This document shows, one piece after another, positions 24,981 to 30,127 of a stretch of 30,127 nucleotides of DNA. Below the pieces are notes generated by a model. The model was not told the DNA's origin. It did not search any database and worked only from the letters and a program-made list of their open reading frames with translations. Numbering within the stretch: position 1 is the stretch's first letter; each line of letters starts with the position of its first letter. Both the position numbers and the translations under genes were made by a program. The stretch comes from Deltaproteobacteria bacterium (lineage in GTDB: Bacteria; SAR324; NAC60-12), in NCBI GenBank assembly GCA_038150265.1, contig JAYOTF010000031.1:1-30127 (forward strand). Direction: 5' to 3'.

Positions 24981-26798
24981 ATGAGAGGAGAAGCCGTTGA
25001 GCGCGAGTTAGAGAACCGGTTCCGGCAACGGACGATTCAGGAGGCCCACCTGGCGCAACACGACCAGGAACGCACAGACGCTGTGCCGGTGCCGCCGCTG
25101 GTGTGTTCTCCCGACCTCCCCAACCCGGTTCAGGCGCACATCCAGCGCCTGCTCGCTGAGCTCGTCCGCTTTGCCGCCCAGCAGGGCTTTCCCCTCCGGA
25201 ATCCCCAAAACACCGTCCGCGTTTCCACCCCGGAAGCCCTCTTTCACGAACAGGGACGTCCCGTTCCCTCCAGGCTCAAGCTCCCTGCGGTTCAACTCCG
25301 TGTGACGCCGCAACAGCGCCTGTACACGTTGCTGCTGCCGGCGGTGATGAAGAGCAGCGAACCGCTTCTGGAGGGGCTGCGCCTGCTCCTGGCTCGCTTG
25401 CTGGGCGAACAGTTTCTCGAAGAGTCGGTCTGGCCGCTGGAGTTTTATCGCGACTCGGGGCAAGTGACGGAAAGCGCCGTCAGTGTGGGAGTCGAGGAAC
25501 AGCTGGCGCTGCTTGGAGTTCTGGAGTTTCCGTCTCCCACCCTGGAAAGCCTGCTCCCGGAACCTCCTGCCCGGAAAAAGGTTCCGGACTGGGTGGGCTC
25601 TCAGCGCAAGCAGCACCTGCAGGCCTGGCACCGTCAGTTTCAGGAAGACGCGCTGCCCGAGCCTTCACGAGAGGCCCTGCAGCAGATCTTCTCGGAATTC
25701 CTGACCGCCTTTCAGCACGACCGAAGCGCCTTCCTGCAGCAAGCCAGCGAGGCTGTGTGGCGACTGAATGCCCAGGCCCACTTCCTCCTTCCTCACGAAG
25801 TCCCCGGGTTCCGGCTCCTGCAGGAGCAGCGTCCGGAGCACTTCCTCCGGTCCGTTGGCATTCGTTTGGAAGAGCGTGTGGCGCTGGCGGAATTTGTCCT
25901 GGAGGCCAAGGCCTTCCTGGAGGCGGGTGCGGGAGAGGCGGTGGAGGAGTGGCGGCAGGCCTTCCGGCTGAAGTCTCGGGAGCTGCGCCAAACTGAAGGC
26001 GTGGCCACGCTCTTCATTCCAGAGGTGCTTGGGCCCGAGGCACGTCAAGCGGAGGAGCAGCAGTGGACGCTCCGGCTCCTCAAGCTGGCCAGGGAACAGC
26101 AGGTGCCAGGACCGCGGTGGCGCAAGTGGATTCCCAAAACCCGTCAGGCCTATGAACAGGGGGTGACTCAGAAGCTGTTTGAGGCGCTCCATCGACTCGA
26201 TCAGCTGGCACAGCAACCGGACCCCAGTCAGAAGCTCCCGGAGCTGGAAAAGCTGGGGCACTCCCTTCGGTACCGCATCCCACAGTTCCGGGAGCTGCGG
26301 AGTGCGCTAGGCGCCGTTGTGGACGTCTGTGAGGGGCTGGTTGATGAGCCACGAGGCCAGCGGTTCTCGCTGGAGGCGTTTGGGAAGGCGTGGAGCTACG
26401 TGCTTTCCGTGGCGCTCATCCTGGACTACCATGAAGCGCATCCGGAGCAGAAGATTGTGGGCAACCAGCGCTTCAATTCAGACCGCTACCGCCAGTGGGT
26501 GCTGCAGGAAGCCGAGCGGCGTGCTCGCCTGAGCGTCAATCACTTCCACGGCGTGCTGCTGTTGCTCAAGGCGCTCTATCCGGAAACGGCGTCTGCACCA
26601 GAACACGGGTTGCCGCTTCTGCGTCGCCTGACCCTGCAGCCACTGCCGATTTTGCGCTTCTTTCTCCACCAGATCGAGACCCCTCTTCTGGAGAATCCAA
26701 AGTACGGGCTGGAATATCGTCTCAAAAAATTGGAGAATTATGCCCATGCCCTCTCCCGGGCTTATGCAAATCGGCATCAAGAGGAAATTCCCCCATGA
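24981..26798 (+). CDS. Hypothetical protein (605 aa, predicted alpha-helical)
   Basis: Long L/E/Q/R-rich ORF with a GGAAGG RBS. Stop overlaps the next start (ATGA). No motif recognised. Confidence 0.75.
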   Translation: MRGEAVERELENRFRQRTIQEAHLAQHDQERTDAVPVPPLVCSPDLPNPVQAHIQRLLAELVRFAAQQGFPLRNPQNTVRVSTPEALFHEQGRPVPSRLKLPAVQLRVTPQQRLYTLLLPAVMKSSEPLLEGLRLLLARLLGEQFLEESVWPLEFYRDSGQVTESAVSVGVEEQLALLGVLEFPSPTLESLLPEPPARKKVPDWVGSQRKQHLQAWHRQFQEDALPEPSREALQQIFSEFLTAFQHDRSAFLQQASEAVWRLNAQAHFLLPHEVPGFRLLQEQRPEHFLRSVGIRLEERVALAEFVLEAKAFLEAGAGEAVEEWRQAFRLKSRELRQTEGVATLFIPEVLGPEARQAEEQQWTLRLLKLAREQQVPGPRWRKWIPKTRQAYEQGVTQKLFEALHRLDQLAQQPDPSQKLPELEKLGHSLRYRIPQFRELRSALGAVVDVCEGLVDEPRGQRFSLEAFGKAWSYVLSVALILDYHEAHPEQKIVGNQRFNSDRYRQWVLQEAERRARLSVNHFHGVLLLLKALYPETASAPEHGLPLLRRLTLQPLPILRFFLHQIETPLLENPKYGLEYRLKKLENYAHALSRAYANRHQEEIPP

Positions 26799-27208
26799 TC
26801 GGAGTCCATTCAACCCGATTGCGGTCCCTGCTCAGCTGGGGACTTGGCATCTGGTTACTGGCCGCCTGTACTACCACGGCCCCGGCCCCTCAAACCCCCC
26901 TCTACGAACGGCTGGGTGGCGAGGAAACCCTCGCAGCCCTCTCCCTGCACGTCAGTCGCGCTCCCGAACTTCAAAACGTGGTCACCCGAGAAGGCGAGCG
27001 GTTCTTCCGCATGCGCCTGCAGGACTTCCTCTGTGAAGCGTCAGCAGGACCGTGTGAGCCGCTCCGGACGCAGTCGTTTCAGCAGGAGCTTTCCCTGCGG
27101 CCTGAAGAGGGTCAGCTGCTGCACGAAGCCCTTCAGGAGGCCATGCAGGACCTCACGCTGCCTCTGGCTGAGTCGGAGGAGCTGCTCCGGGTGACGCAGC
27201 TCAACTGA
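26795..27208 (+). CDS. Lipoprotein with a degenerate group I truncated-hemoglobin-like domain
   Basis: Lipobox LAAC, then LYERLGG and L.DFLCEASAGPC, typical of 2/2 globins. No His at the expected proximal position. Confidence 0.7.
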   Translation: MIGVHSTRLRSLLSWGLGIWLLAACTTTAPAPQTPLYERLGGEETLAALSLHVSRAPELQNVVTREGERFFRMRLQDFLCEASAGPCEPLRTQSFQQELSLRPEEGQLLHEALQEAMQDLTLPLAESEELLRVTQLN

Positions 27209-27710
27209 GTCCGGAAGCCGTCAGGTGCTTGACCTGAAGCGACACCCGCTTTCCGTAGACCTCCTGCGTGCCCACCTCAGTAAATCCCATCTTCTCATGA
27301 AAGGCAGCGGACCCCGGATTGGGGGGCTCCGCATCAATTTCGCAGGCGAGCAGAGGCACCTGGTCGGCTAATGCCGCTCGGGTCAAGGCCTGATAGAAGT
27401 GCTGGCCGATGCGGCTCCCATGAGCTTCGGGGGCAACCACCACGCGATCCACGTAGTAAAACCGTGGGTAGTGAGAGGCAAACCAGCGGTAGTTGGGGCT
27501 GTCATAGGCGGCACCTTCCTGAAAAGCCAGGAGGAAGCCAACGACTTGCTGCGCTTGCACCGCCACCTCGTGCACAACCGCCTGCTCGCTGAGCCACTGC
27601 AGACGGGCCTCATCCAGGGGGCTGAGCCAGTGAACAAAGGTTTCATTGAGGTCAAGGATGGTGGGGAAGTCGTCTGGAGTGGCCGGTCGGAAGTGGACGG
27701 TTGCTGTCAT
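27201..27710 (-). CDS. GNAT-family N-acetyltransferase
   Basis: YDSPNYRWF, YVDRVVV...A.G..IG..FY, CEI..EPPN..S..FH...GF.EVG. Confidence 0.9.
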   Translation of the reverse strand: MTATVHFRPATPDDFPTILDLNETFVHWLSPLDEARLQWLSEQAVVHEVAVQAQQVVGFLLAFQEGAAYDSPNYRWFASHYPRFYYVDRVVVAPEAHGSRIGQHFYQALTRAALADQVPLLACEIDAEPPNPGSAAFHEKMGFTEVGTQEVYGKRVSLQVKHLTASGLS

Positions 27711-28753
27711 GCGGCATCGCCTTGCAGCACGCCGTCACGGATGATGACGGTGTCGTCGAGGGTGAGGGTGCAGCCCCGGAGCGGCAGGTCGAAGTGCCCC
27801 AGGGTGTGGCGCCCGGCAAACTCATTGGCGCCGGTCGAGAAGAGGAAATTGCCGGCAAAGGCCCGCAACTCGGTGCCATTGGTGTCGCGCTGGTCATACA
27901 TCGCAAGGGCCTCGTAGCGCGCATGGGGGTTCAGGCCCCAGCCCACATGCGAAACGGCATAGGCCTCCGGATCCTTCCAGGCGGCAAAGTACCGGCGCAT
28001 CAACTCCGCATCCGTGCCTTCCCCCTCAATTCGGGTCACGTAGTCTTCCTCCAGCGTCAAGGTGACAGGACGCTCCAGGTACCGCTTGAAGGTCAGGTTC
28101 GCATCTCCGGCATCAAGAACAAGCGTGCCAGAGACGCTTCCGGATTTGGGGAAGATGACCACGAGCCCGGCTGGCCAGTGGGTGATAGTTCCCGGACGAG
28201 TGGTGGTGCCCCAGACCCCTGAAGCCGGTGCGCCGTTGAGGTTGATGGAAAGGTTGGTGCCGGCAGCGGAAGTGACCTGCAGGTGCTGAGCGGCCTTCGC
28301 CTGCCTGGCGGCTTGCTTCACCCGCTGCTCCAGTTCCGGAGTTGGCACCGTGCGTTCCAGGGCGTCCGGATGTTCATTGCTGATCATCAGCACCCGCGCG
28401 CCTCCTTTCAGAATGGCAGGAAGCTCCGGAGCATGCAGCAGGCCTTCCACGGTGCAATCGACCACCAGGGTGCTGGAAGCCAGCGCCTGCACAACGGGAC
28501 CCAGCCCCTGAAGCGCCGCCGAAGCGCCTGTGGAACGAATGGGCACCGGTGCCGTTTGCGGCGGCGTGGGGCAGACGAGGTGAAACATCCGGGCGCCCAG
28601 ACGCTGCAGCGCCAGTTCAGCGAGGTGCACGTTCAGTTCGCGGGACTGCGTTTCCGAAAGGAGCGCCACGGTGTCGTCCGGACCAACGCCACAGCCCTGG
28701 AAGGTCCTCTCAAAGGCGGCAATCCACTTTGCCTCAATGCGGTCCCGGAGCAT
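27707..28753 (-). CDS. NicX-like (2,5-dihydroxypyridine 5,6-dioxygenase / M29-fold) metalloenzyme
   Basis: PG...HWP.G, SHVGWGLNP.AR, ELRAFAGNFLFSTGAN, GHFDLPLR (candidate His/His/Asp metal triad). Confidence 0.75.
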   Translation of the reverse strand: MLRDRIEAKWIAAFERTFQGCGVGPDDTVALLSETQSRELNVHLAELALQRLGARMFHLVCPTPPQTAPVPIRSTGASAALQGLGPVVQALASSTLVVDCTVEGLLHAPELPAILKGGARVLMISNEHPDALERTVPTPELEQRVKQAARQAKAAQHLQVTSAAGTNLSINLNGAPASGVWGTTTRPGTITHWPAGLVVIFPKSGSVSGTLVLDAGDANLTFKRYLERPVTLTLEEDYVTRIEGEGTDAELMRRYFAAWKDPEAYAVSHVGWGLNPHARYEALAMYDQRDTNGTELRAFAGNFLFSTGANEFAGRHTLGHFDLPLRGCTLTLDDTVIIRDGVLQGDAA

Positions 28754-30006
28754 TACTCGTCCTTTTCCCCACGCTCATAAAGCGTCTCCAGGCCCAGGCG
28801 CTCCAGGGCAATTTCAGCGCTCCAGGGCAGCATCAGGGAGCCGCAACGGCTGTCGCGGTACATGCGTTCCAGCGGCAGCGTCTTGAGCATCGAATGGCCC
28901 CCGCAGGTCCGGATGGCGAGCTGGCAAAGCTGGTTGGCATTTTCCATGACCGTGTACTGGGCGGCATAGGCTCGGAGGCGTTCTTCCTTGGTGGGGTCCA
29001 CCTTGGCTTCGCTGATGACCTGGTACCACAGTGACTTCGTTTGCTCCAGCATGATCTTCATCTGGGCAATCGTCAGTTGCTTGACCGCATGCATCCGGCG
29101 CTTGATGCCTCGGGTTTCCGGGATCTCGCCACGCAGGTACTTGACGGTGAAGTCAAAGGCGCCCTGCATCAGTCCCATGTATGCCGGAGTGAGCGTCATG
29201 AACATGTGGGGCCAGCGGACTGCGGCCTGGTGGTACACCCCTGGCGGCATCAGCTGAGCCTCTTCCGGGACAAAGACATCGTGGAACAGCAGCGTCCGGG
29301 AAACGGTGCCGCGCATTCCCAAAGGGTCCCAGTCTCCCGTGACCTCAAATCCGTCAGCATCTGCAGGAATGGCCAGGTAAAGCGTATCGCGTCGACTGGC
29401 ATCCGCCTTGTCTTCGGTGGCAAGGACGCCGTAAAAGTCGGCATGCCCAGAGAGGGAGGCGAAGACCTTTTTGCCGTTGACCCGCCAGCCGCCTTCCACG
29501 CGTTTCGCGGAGGTGCCAAAGGGGATCTTTCCGGAAGCTGCGGCGTTGCCTTCGGAAAAGGGCTGGGCGTAGATCTTTCCGTGATGGAGGATGCGGTCGT
29601 AGTGCAGGGAGCGGTTGCGGTGGTGCTGCTCACGCTGTGCCGGAGTGAGGTCCAGCGCGTCGGTGAGCGATCCGCTCCAGAGGGTGGAGCAGATGTGCAT
29701 GTTGAAGGTCAGGGCGGTGGCTCCGCAGTAACGTCCAATTTCAGCAGCCGTCAGCATGTAGGTCTTCAGGTCGGCGTCCAGTCCACCGTCTGCTTCCGGA
29801 ATGCAGAGCCCAAAGAACCCCGCCTCGTAAAGATCGTGATAGTTTTCAGTGGGAAAGCGGGCCTCACGGTCCCACTGGGCGGCTCGAGGGGCAAACTGGT
29901 GCTGGGCCAGGGTCCGGGCCCGCGCCGTCAGGGCCTGCTGCTTTTCGGTGAGTTGCCACGAGTCCGGATCAAAGATCGGGGCATCGGTTTCCAACGAGTC
30001 AAACAT
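28753..30006 (-). CDS. Acyl-CoA dehydrogenase-family flavoprotein
   Basis: AGGAGG RBS. FAPRAA..DRE..FP, FSEG, NGKKVFAS, WDPLGMRGT.S....F.DVFVP, CGG.......PLERMYRDSR. Confidence 0.92.
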   Translation of the reverse strand: MFDSLETDAPIFDPDSWQLTEKQQALTARARTLAQHQFAPRAAQWDREARFPTENYHDLYEAGFFGLCIPEADGGLDADLKTYMLTAAEIGRYCGATALTFNMHICSTLWSGSLTDALDLTPAQREQHHRNRSLHYDRILHHGKIYAQPFSEGNAAASGKIPFGTSAKRVEGGWRVNGKKVFASLSGHADFYGVLATEDKADASRRDTLYLAIPADADGFEVTGDWDPLGMRGTVSRTLLFHDVFVPEEAQLMPPGVYHQAAVRWPHMFMTLTPAYMGLMQGAFDFTVKYLRGEIPETRGIKRRMHAVKQLTIAQMKIMLEQTKSLWYQVISEAKVDPTKEERLRAYAAQYTVMENANQLCQLAIRTCGGHSMLKTLPLERMYRDSRCGSLMLPWSAEIALERLGLETLYERGEKDE

Positions 30007-30029
30007 GTCATACCTCCTAAAAGAGCAGC

Positions 30030-30059
30030 ACGATAGTGAAGGTGGGGTCTGGGAGTCAA
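30030..30059 (-). promoter_or_regulatory. Sigma70-like promoter for the ACAD-NicX-GNAT operon
   Basis: TTGACT, 18-nt spacer, TATCGT, just upstream of the AGGAGG RBS. Confidence 0.5.
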
Positions 30060-30127
30060 GTTGATTGGCAGGGCCGTGGACTGCCGCGTTGTGGTCATCC
30101 CAGCGCAGGCGGGGCTCCAGCGAGGGA

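Overview
GC-rich bacterial chromosomal window with mostly housekeeping and metabolic genes. No integrase, transposase, cas gene or true CRISPR array is visible. In order: the 5' end of a secreted/outer-membrane protein gene with a long structured leader; an orphan RecE-like PD-(D/E)XK nuclease behind tRNA-Ser(GCT) and tRNA-Arg(GCG); rsgA; a FleS/FleR-like sigma-54 two-component pair; a structured RNA followed by an uncalled 53-aa ORF; folP; a PfkB kinase; a BigR/SqrR-type ArsR regulator with two YeeE/YedE genes; a lengthened GspD secretin; MFS, TPR, DUF2062, gloA, pduO and PaiB-like genes; cbiD, cobK/cbiJ and cobM/cbiF; a tandem USP, OsmC-like protein, mobA and dapF; hypothetical genes; a degenerate globin lipoprotein; GNAT; a NicX-like protein; and an acyl-CoA dehydrogenase. 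Best signals missed by the ORF track: (1) a 58-aa membrane peptide ending the ArsR-YeeE/YedE operon, with an in-frame UGA followed by a SECIS-like hairpin (candidate selenoprotein); (2) three 64-nt covarying structured RNA modules upstream of mobA; (3) a promoter-driven structured RNA that exposes an anti-Shine-Dalgarno loop. Also notable: DapF has Ser at both catalytic Cys positions, the tRNA-Arg has a GCG anticodon, and the secretin has six rather than three N1-N3-type domains. All family calls come from motif recognition by eye; no searches were run.
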